From Myxococcales bacterium UBA1660 (GTDB lineage Bacteria; Myxococcota_A; Polyangia; Polyangiales; Houyiibacteriaceae): 64,000 bases of DNA. Every line of letters begins with the position of its first letter. The stretch's first letter is position 1. The stretch is from assembly GCA_002320815.1 (NCBI GenBank), contig DCLA01000086.1, forward strand, positions 2,330-66,329. The letters run 5' to 3'. A model generated the notes under the pieces. That model was not told where the DNA came from and searched no databases. It saw nothing but the letters and a program-made list of their open reading frames with translations. The translations under genes were made by a program, and so were the position numbers. Below are positions 30,547 to 39,047 of the stretch, one piece after another.

Positions 30547-30927
30547 ATGGTGGGACGCGCCGACGACGAAGCGACGCTCTTCGAAGCCCTCTGGGCTCCG
30601 CGCTGGTTCGGCCAAGATCAGTCCCTCGCTCGCGGCCAGGAGTCGGTCTTCGCCTTCCGAGGGCCGGTCCCGCCGCCCTCGCCGGGCTTCCTGGTGCTCG
30701 CGGCGGGCCTGGAGAAGCCGCGCTACGACGCGCGCTGTCGGCTCCTCGACATCCGGCACGCGGAGCTCGGGAAGCTGCAGGCCATCGAAGCCGGCACGGA
30801 CCAGTATCGCTTCGTCCGCGCCGGGGGCGACGTGGTCCACGTCGCCGCCGATGGGTCGGTGATGGGTGGCCACGCGCTGCCTCCGGCCGACTGGACCGTG
30901 CGCTGCGTCTTCGAGATCCTGCTCTGA
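30547..30927 (+). CDS. Hypothetical protein (126 aa)
   Basis: ORF 31 nt downstream of the helicase with GC3-rich codons. Confidence 0.6.
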   Translation: MVGRADDEATLFEALWAPRWFGQDQSLARGQESVFAFRGPVPPPSPGFLVLAAGLEKPRYDARCRLLDIRHAELGKLQAIEAGTDQYRFVRAGGDVVHVAADGSVMGGHALPPADWTVRCVFEILL

Positions 30928-31008
30928 GCGATTCCGCAGATCCCCCTTTCGGAGTCTGCTTCGTTCTCGGGAATCCCTCGTCGATCGGGGGGCCGCACCC
31001 CCGATCGA
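30926..31008. other. Two adjacent stem-loops (terminator or structured RNA)
   Basis: GATTCC/GGAATC outer stem enclosing a GCAGA/TCTGC hairpin, then a perfect 11-bp stem TCGATCGGGGG/CCCCCGATCGA. Confidence 0.5.
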
Positions 31009-31285
31009 GTTGTGCTGTCACAGCCAAATCGGGGGAGGTTTTCCGGAAAGAGGAATGATCTCGCGCGCAGTTTTCCCTACACCGGCGTGCACGGGATTTG
31101 CAGGTGAAATAGACCCCAGACCGCGGTTGGCCGGGGGGCTCCGTGGTCTTGGCGCGAGCATTTTTTCGCTTCGTTACCTTGACGATGCGGACGAGTGTTC
31201 GCGCCCCTTTGTCCGGCAGGCGGGTGTCCGACGATGGGGAGGAATCGAAGAAAGAAACGGCAGAACCAAAGAGCGAGGTCGAACC

Positions 31286-32077
31286 ATGGGCTGGGCGAAG
31301 CGAGAGCTAGAAACCAAGGGCGCGAGGCGGAGTGATTCGGGGATCCGGCTGATAGGCGCACCCGAGATCACACCGAGCGAGGGGCTGGAGGCCACCGGAT
31401 TGGACCTCGGTAGCGGCGCATGCCGCCACGCGGTCTACGAGCTCGAGCGTCGGCTGCGGATCATCGAGGCGGACCGCCCGGCACAAGAGGCGCACACGGA
31501 CCTCGCCGGCACCGTGAGCCTGGTGGTCGAGGGCCACGGGGAGCTGAATCCGGCGCGTCGGGGCATGAGCGCGTCGCTGCTGAACGCCATCGCGCGGCAG
31601 GTGGTCGGGAGCCTCCCGGTGCACGACCTGCGCAACGACACGCGGGCCCAAGCGGCGCTGGTCCGCTCGATCGGCGACGCGATGACCTGCGCCATGGCCT
31701 CGGCCAGCGGGGTCGCCGAGGAGGCCCACGGGTCCGCGGCGCTGCTCTTCCTGACGCCACACTTCTTCTGGGCGGCGCGCTGTGGCGCGGGAGCGATCTT
31801 CCTCTCCCGCGCCGGGTTCATGGAGGTCCTCTCCGCCGGCGTCGGCGACGACGACGACGCGGCCATCGATGTCCTCGGGGCCCCGATCCGGCCGGGGGAT
31901 CGCTTCCTGGTCACCACGCTGGGCCTCGCCCGCGCGCTGGACATCGGGGGCCTGGCGAGGCCGCTCCGGGAGCTCGGCGACGACCCGGAGGCGCTGGCCT
32001 CGGCGGCGCGCTCCCTGGGCGACGGCGCCATCGCGGCCGGTGTCCGACAAGGGGCACTGGTGGTGGCGCGCGCCTAG
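31286..32077 (+). CDS. Degenerate PP2C/PPM phosphatase-like protein (probable pseudophosphatase)
   Basis: Motif order matches PP2C, but VVEGHG replaces DGHG, CGAG replaces GDS and FLVTTLGL replaces LLxSDGL. Confidence 0.65.
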   Translation: MGWAKRELETKGARRSDSGIRLIGAPEITPSEGLEATGLDLGSGACRHAVYELERRLRIIEADRPAQEAHTDLAGTVSLVVEGHGELNPARRGMSASLLNAIARQVVGSLPVHDLRNDTRAQAALVRSIGDAMTCAMASASGVAEEAHGSAALLFLTPHFFWAARCGAGAIFLSRAGFMEVLSAGVGDDDDAAIDVLGAPIRPGDRFLVTTLGLARALDIGGLARPLRELGDDPEALASAARSLGDGAIAAGVRQGALVVARA

Positions 32078-32078
32078 G

Positions 32079-32111
32079 GGACTAGGGGCTTGAAGGGGTT
32101 CAAGGCAGTCC
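32079..32111. terminator. Hairpin between convergent genes
   Basis: CTTGAA-GGGG-TTCAAG within GGACT...AGTCC. Confidence 0.4.
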
Positions 32112-32114
32112 GGG

Positions 32115-32975
32115 TCAGAAGCCCGGGCGGCGGGTCGTCCCGGACTCCGCGGAGACGTGCGGGTAGCTCGACGGACCGCGGCTGAGGAGCGGCAACATGA
32201 CGCGCAGGCCCTGGCGGACCTCGTCGGTCGAGGCGCGGTCCTCGGGCTCCGGGGCGAGCATCCGCTCGAGGAGGAGGTCCATCGCGTTGGGTAGCCGGGA
32301 TCGCAGGATCGTCGGCGGGAGCCAGGTGAGGTCCTTCTTCGCCGGCAGGTTCATGGCGCGCTCCCGCGGGAAGGGGAAGCGCCCGGTGAGCGAGCGGTAG
32401 ATGAAGACGCCGAGGGAGTAGAGGTCGGTCCGCTCGTCGACCACCCCGCCCTCCAGGACCTCCGGCGCCATGTACGCGGGGGTGCCGGCGACGTCGCCGC
32501 TCTCGTCCACGGCCGACTGACCGATGCGCCGGGCGATGCCGAAGTCGACCAGCTGGGCCCGGTGCGCGACGAGCACGTTCTGCCCCTTCACGTCGCAGTG
32601 CACGATGCCCCGCCGGTGCACGTGGTCGAGGATGGCCAGCAGGGAGATCGCCAGGGTGACCGCCTCGTGGGGCGTGCCCGCCTGGCGGTGGTCGGAGAAC
32701 GACGCGCCCCGAAGGAGCGTCATCACCAGCACCGGGTTCCCCTCGGGCGTATCCAGGAACCCGATCGCCCGGGGCAACCCCGGGTGGTCCAGCTCGCGCA
32801 GGGTCGCCATCTCCCGCACCAGCGCCTCGCGGTGCTCGGGGCCCCGGCCGACCTTCATGGCCACCGTCCCCACGCGGGCGTGCTCGGCGGCGTAGACGTC
32901 GGAGGTGGCGCCGGTCCCCAGCGCGCGTTGAACATCGAACCCCTTGGTGGCGAGGAAGCGCCGCGCCTGCGCCAT
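32115..32975 (-). CDS. Cytoplasmic Ser/Thr protein kinase, non-RD (alternative GTG start 33029)
   Basis: GTGATS, VAMK, HCDVKGQN, DFG, GTPAYMAPE. Confidence 0.88.
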   Translation of the reverse strand: MAQARRFLATKGFDVQRALGTGATSDVYAAEHARVGTVAMKVGRGPEHREALVREMATLRELDHPGLPRAIGFLDTPEGNPVLVMTLLRGASFSDHRQAGTPHEAVTLAISLLAILDHVHRRGIVHCDVKGQNVLVAHRAQLVDFGIARRIGQSAVDESGDVAGTPAYMAPEVLEGGVVDERTDLYSLGVFIYRSLTGRFPFPRERAMNLPAKKDLTWLPPTILRSRLPNAMDLLLERMLAPEPEDRASTDEVRQGLRVMLPLLSRGPSSYPHVSAESGTTRRPGF

Positions 32976-33298
32976 GGCCGCGGAGCTCCCGGAGACGGGG
33001 GGACGAGAAGGTCGGTGGGTTTGGGTCACGGCATTCGCCTCGACTCTGGAGAGATCACGATACGTGCCGGAAAAATCCCGGAGGATCGTTCCCTCGCCCG
33101 GGGCCCCCTGGATACGGCGAGGCAGGGTGCCTCGTTGCCAGGTCGGGGTAGGTCGGCCAGGTGCGAGGTGGACATCACTGGCATCGATCTTCTCACAAAA
33201 GAGTCCGTTTGGGCATTCCGTGCGTTTTGGTCCCAGGTCCGCCGTGATTTCGCGAGGCGAATGACCCCAATCGGGTGGGTCCTGGCCGAGGGTCCCTT

Positions 33299-33314
33299 CG
33301 GCACCACGTGTGCA
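33299..33314 (+). promoter_or_regulatory. Candidate sigma54 promoter
   Basis: CGGCAC-CACGT-GTGCA (GG-N10-GC), 13 nt before the ATG at 33327. Confidence 0.5.
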
Positions 33315-33326
33315 ATCGCCCCACGC

Positions 33327-33488
33327 ATGCCTCCCTCGAGCGCCACCGGTCCCCGTCGTCGGTCCCGCAGCCAGAGCCCCCACTGGCGTCGCCTCTACGA
33401 GCGTTGTCGCGAGCTCGGGGTCGTGGGCATCGAACACGAGCGACCGACGATCGCCGAGCTCCGCCGCGCCCTGTCCGACCGCGCGTAG
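33327..33488 (+). CDS. Small basic protein (53 aa, MPPSSATGPRRRSRSQSPHWRRLYERCRELG...)
   Basis: Tail of ORF 32562..33488; fills an intergenic gap; the ATG coincides with the predicted sigma54 start site. Confidence 0.5.
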   Translation: MPPSSATGPRRRSRSQSPHWRRLYERCRELGVVGIEHERPTIAELRRALSDRA

Positions 33489-33570
33489 GTCGACCGCGGC
33501 GCTGAGAGACGCGAGCGGCTCGGCCGGCAGGTCCTCGAAGAGCGCCGTTCGGGCGCGCTGCAACGAACTG

Positions 33571-34959
33571 CTAGACCCGCACGGTCTTCCAAGTGCCGCG
33601 GCGGACGAGGAGCACGCTGACCATCGCCGCCACCGAGTAGGAGATGGCCACGGCGACGAAGACGCCGAGCGGGCCCCACCCCGCGGGGCGGGCGAGCGCC
33701 CACGCCAGCGGGAGCTGTAGGACCCAGAAGCAGACCGCGTTGACCGCCGCCGGGGTGGTGGTGTCGCCGGCGCCGTTGAAGGCCTGCTGGCTGACCATCT
33801 GCCACCCGTAGAAGACGAAGCCGAAGGCGATGACGAAGAGACCGTCGGCGGCGATGGCGGTGCCCGCCCCGCCGCTGGCGAAGAGAGCGGCGATGGGACC
33901 GGGCGCGAAGAGGAAGGCCAAGGCCACGGTGCCCAGGAAGATCGTGGCGTAGCGCCCGCTGATCCACACCGAGCGCTCGGCGCGATCGGGGTCCTCCGCG
34001 CCCAGGCTCTGGCCGACCAAGGTCGCGGTGGCGTTGGAGAACCCCCAGGCCGGCAGGAGCGTGAAGATGATGATGCGCATCGCCACCGTGTGACCGGCGA
34101 CCGCCGCGCTGCCGAAGGTCGCCATCAAGCGGACCAGGAAGACCCAGGAGCCCATCTCCACCAGGTGCTGAACGGTCCCGCCGATCGAGAGCCGCAGGAG
34201 GCGCAGCGCGATGTCGAGCCGCGGCCGCAGGTGGCCCCGGAGGCTCAGCGCCGGCCCGCGGCCCAGGTGATACAGCTGGTACACCACGCCGACGCCGCGC
34301 CCGATGAGCGTGGCGGTCGCGGCGCCGGTCACGCCGAGCTCGGGGAAGGGCCCGAGGCCCAGGATGAGGCAGGGATCGAGCGCTATGTTCAGGCCGTTGG
34401 CCAGCCAGAGGGATCGCATCGCGCGGCTGGCGTCGCCGGCGCCCCGCAGGATGGCGTTGTTCACGAAGAGCAAGATCACCACCGGCCCGGAGAGCAGCCC
34501 CAGGGTGGTGAACCAGCGGCCCTCGGCGGCCACCGCGGGCTCGGCGCCCATCAGACCCAGGAGCGCCGGCGCGAAAGGCGCCGCCATCGCGCACGCGATC
34601 CCCAAGGCCGCGCCCAGGAAGATGGCCTGGGCGCCGGTGTCCGCCGCCTCGCCGGGTGACCCTTCGCCCATCCGGCGCGCGACGACGGCGGTCGCCGGCA
34701 TCGCGAGGCCGAAGGCCAGCGCGTAGATGAGCGCCAGCATGGCCTCGGTGAGCCCGACCGCGGCCACGGCGGTCTCGCCCAGCCGCGCCACGAAGAAGAT
34801 GTCCACGATGGCGAAGAGGGCCTCCATGCCCATCTCCAGCGCCATGGGGATCGCCAGGAGCGGCACCACGCGGCGGAGATCGCCGGTCGCGACGTCGGGG
34901 ACCTCGCCGGAGAGCGCCTGCCGGAAGAACGCCCAGCGAGACTGTCGCGGCTCGGCCAT
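33571..34959 (-). CDS. MATE family efflux transporter
   Basis: LAIPMALE, DIFFVARLG, ILRGAGD, NIALDP, LGVTGAATAT; about 12 TM helices. Confidence 0.93.
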   Translation of the reverse strand: MAEPRQSRWAFFRQALSGEVPDVATGDLRRVVPLLAIPMALEMGMEALFAIVDIFFVARLGETAVAAVGLTEAMLALIYALAFGLAMPATAVVARRMGEGSPGEAADTGAQAIFLGAALGIACAMAAPFAPALLGLMGAEPAVAAEGRWFTTLGLLSGPVVILLFVNNAILRGAGDASRAMRSLWLANGLNIALDPCLILGLGPFPELGVTGAATATLIGRGVGVVYQLYHLGRGPALSLRGHLRPRLDIALRLLRLSIGGTVQHLVEMGSWVFLVRLMATFGSAAVAGHTVAMRIIIFTLLPAWGFSNATATLVGQSLGAEDPDRAERSVWISGRYATIFLGTVALAFLFAPGPIAALFASGGAGTAIAADGLFVIAFGFVFYGWQMVSQQAFNGAGDTTTPAAVNAVCFWVLQLPLAWALARPAGWGPLGVFVAVAISYSVAAMVSVLLVRRGTWKTVRV

Positions 34960-35048
34960 CGGCCTTCCTCTGACACGGAGACGGCGGCCGTTCGAGCAGC
35001 CGCGCGGCCCCGAGTCCGCGAGAGACCCGGGGCCGCCGCGCTCGAGCC

Positions 35049-36035
35049 TCAGCCGTCGACCATCGACATCCGCTGCTCCGGGTAGCGGGTGCCTTCGGCG
35101 GCGTCGGGCGGGAGGATCCCGTCGAGGGTCGCCAGGTCCTCGGGGGTCAGGTCGACCTTCGCCGCGCCCGCGTTCTGGTCCAGGCGGTCCGGGTTCGTGG
35201 TCCCCGGGATGGTCACCACGTGGTCCCCCCGGGTGAGCACCCAGGCCAGCGCGAGCTGGGCCGCGGTGCAGTCCTTGCTCTCGGCGAGCTTCTCCACCCC
35301 GGCCACGAGCTCCAGGTTCTTGCCGAAGTTCTCCGCCGAGAAGCGCGGCAGGTTCCGGCGGAAGTCGCCCTCGGGGAAGTCGGCCGGCGAGCGGTAGCGC
35401 CCGGTGAGGAACCCGCGGCCCAGCGGGCTGTAGGCCACGAAGAGGATCCCCAGCTCGGCGCAGAGGGGGATCAGCTCGGCTTCGGGATCCCGGCTCCACA
35501 GCGAGAGCTCGGTCTGGAGCGCGGCGATGGGGTGCACCGTCGCGGCGCGCCGGACGGTGGCCGGCGCGGCCTCGCTCAGCCCCAGGAAGCGCACCTTGCC
35601 GGCGGCGACCAGCTCGGCCATCGCGCCGACGGTCTCCTCGATGGGGACCTCAGGGTCCACCCGGTGCTGGTAGTAGAGATCGATGTGGTCCACGCCCAGC
35701 CGCTTCAGGCTGGCGTCGCAGGCCTCGCGGACGTACTCGGGCCGTCCGCTGACCCCCGTGAAGGAGCCGCCCTCGCCGCGCTTGATGGCGAACTTGGTGG
35801 CCAGGAAGGCCTCGTCGCGGCGGTCCTTCAGAGCCCGGCCCACGAGCTGCTCGTTGGCTCCCGAGCCGTACATGTCGGCGGTGTCCAGGAAGGTCACGCC
35901 CTGGTCGAGGGCGCGGTGGATCACGCCCACGGAGCGGGCGTCGTCGGCCTCCCCGTAGAACTCGCTCATTCCCATGCAGCCCAGTCCGATCGCGCTGACC
36001 TCGGGCCCGTCTTCTCTCGCTCGGCGTCGTTCCAT
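35049..36035 (-). CDS. Aldo/keto reductase
   Basis: [32 protein letters not shown]; AAGGAGG SD before the ATG at 36035. Confidence 0.95.
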   Translation of the reverse strand: MERRRAREDGPEVSAIGLGCMGMSEFYGEADDARSVGVIHRALDQGVTFLDTADMYGSGANEQLVGRALKDRRDEAFLATKFAIKRGEGGSFTGVSGRPEYVREACDASLKRLGVDHIDLYYQHRVDPEVPIEETVGAMAELVAAGKVRFLGLSEAAPATVRRAATVHPIAALQTELSLWSRDPEAELIPLCAELGILFVAYSPLGRGFLTGRYRSPADFPEGDFRRNLPRFSAENFGKNLELVAGVEKLAESKDCTAAQLALAWVLTRGDHVVTIPGTTNPDRLDQNAGAAKVDLTPEDLATLDGILPPDAAEGTRYPEQRMSMVDG

Positions 36036-36174
36036 GTGGCGCCTCCTTTCGTGCATCTGGTGCACCGGAACTTGCCGCCCCGGAGCGCCCACGGCCATGG
36101 CGGGAGCGGCGGAAGACTTGCCGGATCCTGCGATCGCCGTGGACCCGGTCCGCGCCCTTGGGTACACCGGAGCC

Positions 36175-37068
36175 GTGGTCGACGACGACATCGTGGAGCG
36201 GATCCGGACCCACGTGCGCACCCACGCCGTCCGCGAGGGGCGGGTGGCGTCGCCGTGGCCGCAGCTCTCGTACTACCGGGTGGACGCGCCGGTGGGACCG
36301 AAGCGAGTGGAGACGCCCGGGCTCGCGCTGGCGGTGATCGCCGACCGCTCCAAGACCATCGAGCTGCCCGCGGGCGAGACCCTGCGCTACACGCCGGGGT
36401 CCTACCTCTTCGTGACCCGGGAGACCCGCTACACCTCGCGGATCCCGCGGGCCTCGGCCAAGCGGCCCTACCTCTCGCTCACCCTGCACTTCGATCCCGA
36501 GGTGGTCCTCGAGACCCTCTTGGCCATCGACGACGAGGACGCCCCCGGCGACGACTCCGCCGCCTTCGTGGACAACCTCGACGAGGGGCTCGCCGGGACC
36601 CTGGTGCGCCTCCTCGACGCGGTCGAAGATCCGGTGGCGCGCCGGGTGGTCGCGCCCCTCGCGATGCGTGAGATGGTCTACCGGCTCCTGCGCACCGAGC
36701 GCGCCGGCCCGCTCCGGCGCGCGGCCCGGGCCGACGATCCGCGCATTCGGGAAGCGATGCGCACCGTGCGCGAGCGGCCCGCGGAGGCGGTCTCGGTGGA
36801 AGCCCTCGCGCGCCGGGTGGCGATGAGCCCTTCGCACTTCGCCCACCGCTTCCGCGAGATCGCGCGGATGACGCCGATGCGCTTCGTGAAGAACGTCCGG
36901 CTCGGGGAAGCGCGCTTGCTGATGGTGCGCGACGGGATGGGGGCCGCGGAGGCCGCCCTCGAGGTCGGCTACGCGAGCCCCTCGCACTTCACCCGGGACT
37001 TCAAGGCCCACTACGGCGCGCCCCCCGCGGCCTACGCCCGAGAGATGCGCGAGCGCGTCGCGGGCTGA
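36175..37068 (+). CDS. AraC-family regulator with an AraC_N sensor domain (alternative start 36097)
   Basis: C-terminal double HTH ([25 protein letters not shown]); divergent from the AKR gene. Confidence 0.92.
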   Translation: MVDDDIVERIRTHVRTHAVREGRVASPWPQLSYYRVDAPVGPKRVETPGLALAVIADRSKTIELPAGETLRYTPGSYLFVTRETRYTSRIPRASAKRPYLSLTLHFDPEVVLETLLAIDDEDAPGDDSAAFVDNLDEGLAGTLVRLLDAVEDPVARRVVAPLAMREMVYRLLRTERAGPLRRAARADDPRIREAMRTVRERPAEAVSVEALARRVAMSPSHFAHRFREIARMTPMRFVKNVRLGEARLLMVRDGMGAAEAALEVGYASPSHFTRDFKAHYGAPPAAYAREMRERVAG

Positions 37069-38943
37069 TCAGGGCGACCGGGCGAGCTTCTTCTCGAGCA
37101 GCGGCGCCACCATGCAGGTCTGGACCCCGCCGATGATCCCGTAGATCTCCAGGTGGTACGCCGGCCAGAGCCAGGCGGCGACGGCGATAAGGATCTGTCC
37201 CAGCACCTGCGGCAACCAGGGGAAGCCCTGGTTGATCACCACCCCGGCCCAGAGGAAAGCGGCCACCACGGCGGCGACCACGGTGATCGCGGGGAGGGCC
37301 AGCCCCAGCGCGCCCAGGAGCGGCCAGAGCACGCCCCCCGCCGCGAAGAGGAGCACGATCTGGTAGGCGAGCCGCCGGCTGATCTCGGTGGCCAGGACCT
37401 CGCGCCGGGCGATCAGGTTGCTGACGATCGTGCCCACCAGGAAGCTGCCCACGATCAGCCCCAGCCGATTGGGCGTCAGGGTCAGGATCCCCTGGCGATC
37501 GAGCTGCGCGGCCGCGATGCAGGTGGCGGCCCACGCGAAGCCGCCGAGGAAGACGAAGAAGCGCCGGGTCCGGGCGCCGACGGCCTGGTTCGCGTCGTGC
37601 GCCAACCGGCGCAGGCGCTCCTGCTCCGCGCGCTCGGTCGCTCTCGCGGCCGCGACCCGCTCGACCAGCGCGGTCGGGGGCGACTCCAGAGTGTCCAGGA
37701 TCGACTGCGCCGCGCTGGGGCTCCCCTGATCCAGCTCGAGGTCCACCATGGTCTCCAGCAGTCGCCGTCGCCCCTCGCGGGCCTCCGGGTTCTCCGGCCA
37801 GCTCGCCAGCGCCTGGTCGAAGCCGAAGCGGGCCTCGTGGAAGAGCTGCCGGACCTCCGGGCCGAGATCCGCTCCCTGGGTCACCATCGCTTCCAGCTCG
37901 TCCGCGCGCGTGCCGGCTTCCGCGGCGAGCTGCAGCGAGCCGCGGCGGATCAGGTACTCGCGGATGGCCGCGGCCATCTCCGCGGCGCTCGCGTAGCGGT
38001 CGGCCGGGTCCCGAGCCAGGGCGCGGGCGGTGATCTGCGCCAGCGGCGCCGGGACCCACCCGGGGAACTCCGGCGTCGGGCTGGCCAGCGCGCGATAGAG
38101 CATCGCCTGCAGGCTCGGCGCCTGGTGGGGCGGCGCGCCGGTGAGGACCTCGAGGAGCGTGGCGCCGAGGAGGTAGACGTCCGCGCGCTCGTCGATGAGC
38201 GATCCTTGCCCGGCGGCCATCTCCGGGGCCAGGTACACCGGCGTCCCCTCGACCCGGGTGATGTCCCGGGCGCGGGGGATGTCGGCCACCGAGTCGTCGA
38301 GGGCCACGGCGATCCCCCAGTCCACCAGGTAGACCTCGCCGAAGGCCCCCACCATCACGTTGTCCGGCTTGATGTCCCGATGGAGCAGCCGCCGGGAATG
38401 GGCCAGCTCGAGCGCCTGCGCCACCTGGAGCAGGATCCCCAGGTGTCGCTGGAGGAAGTCCTCGCTCGCGCGCTCTTCGTCGCGGTCGACGTCCGCCAGG
38501 AGCTCGGTCCAGGGCCGGCCGTCGATGCGCTTCATGACGATGAGCGGCCGCCCGGTCTCGTCGCGACCCAGCGTGTGGATGGGGACCACGTTGGGGTGCT
38601 CGAGCTTCCCGGTGATCCGCGCCTCGCGGAGCATCTGGGCGACCATCCGCTCGGTCTCGCCCCGGGAGGTCTTCACCGCGACGACCCGGTCCAGGGAGGT
38701 CTGCACCGCGGCGTAGACCACGCCCATCCCGCCTTCGCCGAGGGTGTCGCCGAGCCGGAGCTGGGGCGCCTCGCCGTCGCTGGTGCCGATGAGGATCGGC
38801 AGGGAGCTCGAGTCGGTTGTCCGTCCCGGCGCCTCCTGGCGCAGGGTCTCGCGGCCGTCGCTGTCGGTGCCGAGCAGGGTCGCCGCCTCGGCGATGCGCG
38901 CCTCGGTCACGGCGGGCAGGGGTGGGTCGCGGTCGGTACGCAC
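37069..38943 (-). CDS. Ser/Thr kinase with a C-terminal multi-TM domain
   Basis: GEGGMG, VAVK, HRDIKPDN, DWG, APE; about 6 hydrophobic segments at the C-terminus. Confidence 0.92.
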   Translation of the reverse strand: MRTDRDPPLPAVTEARIAEAATLLGTDSDGRETLRQEAPGRTTDSSSLPILIGTSDGEAPQLRLGDTLGEGGMGVVYAAVQTSLDRVVAVKTSRGETERMVAQMLREARITGKLEHPNVVPIHTLGRDETGRPLIVMKRIDGRPWTELLADVDRDEERASEDFLQRHLGILLQVAQALELAHSRRLLHRDIKPDNVMVGAFGEVYLVDWGIAVALDDSVADIPRARDITRVEGTPVYLAPEMAAGQGSLIDERADVYLLGATLLEVLTGAPPHQAPSLQAMLYRALASPTPEFPGWVPAPLAQITARALARDPADRYASAAEMAAAIREYLIRRGSLQLAAEAGTRADELEAMVTQGADLGPEVRQLFHEARFGFDQALASWPENPEAREGRRRLLETMVDLELDQGSPSAAQSILDTLESPPTALVERVAAARATERAEQERLRRLAHDANQAVGARTRRFFVFLGGFAWAATCIAAAQLDRQGILTLTPNRLGLIVGSFLVGTIVSNLIARREVLATEISRRLAYQIVLLFAAGGVLWPLLGALGLALPAITVVAAVVAAFLWAGVVINQGFPWLPQVLGQILIAVAAWLWPAYHLEIYGIIGGVQTCMVAPLLEKKLARSP

Positions 38944-38993
38944 GGGGGCCGCAGCATAGCGGCCCGGGGGCGCAGAGACAGGCGACGGAAAGA

Positions 38994-39029
38994 GAGCGGG
39001 CGGCTCCCTGGCAGAGGAGCCGCCCGCTC
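38994..39029 (-). terminator. Intrinsic terminator of the flotillin operon
   Basis: Perfect 14-bp stem GAGCGGGCGGCTCC/GGAGCCGCCCGCTC followed by TCTTT on the minus strand. Confidence 0.75.
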
Positions 39030-39047
39030 GATGGGGTGGGATTTCGG

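Noticed and set aside
32976-33563. Long N-terminal extension of the kinase ORF
   Set aside because: It runs through an AT-richer promoter region and a likely opposite-strand small gene; kinase motifs begin near 32975
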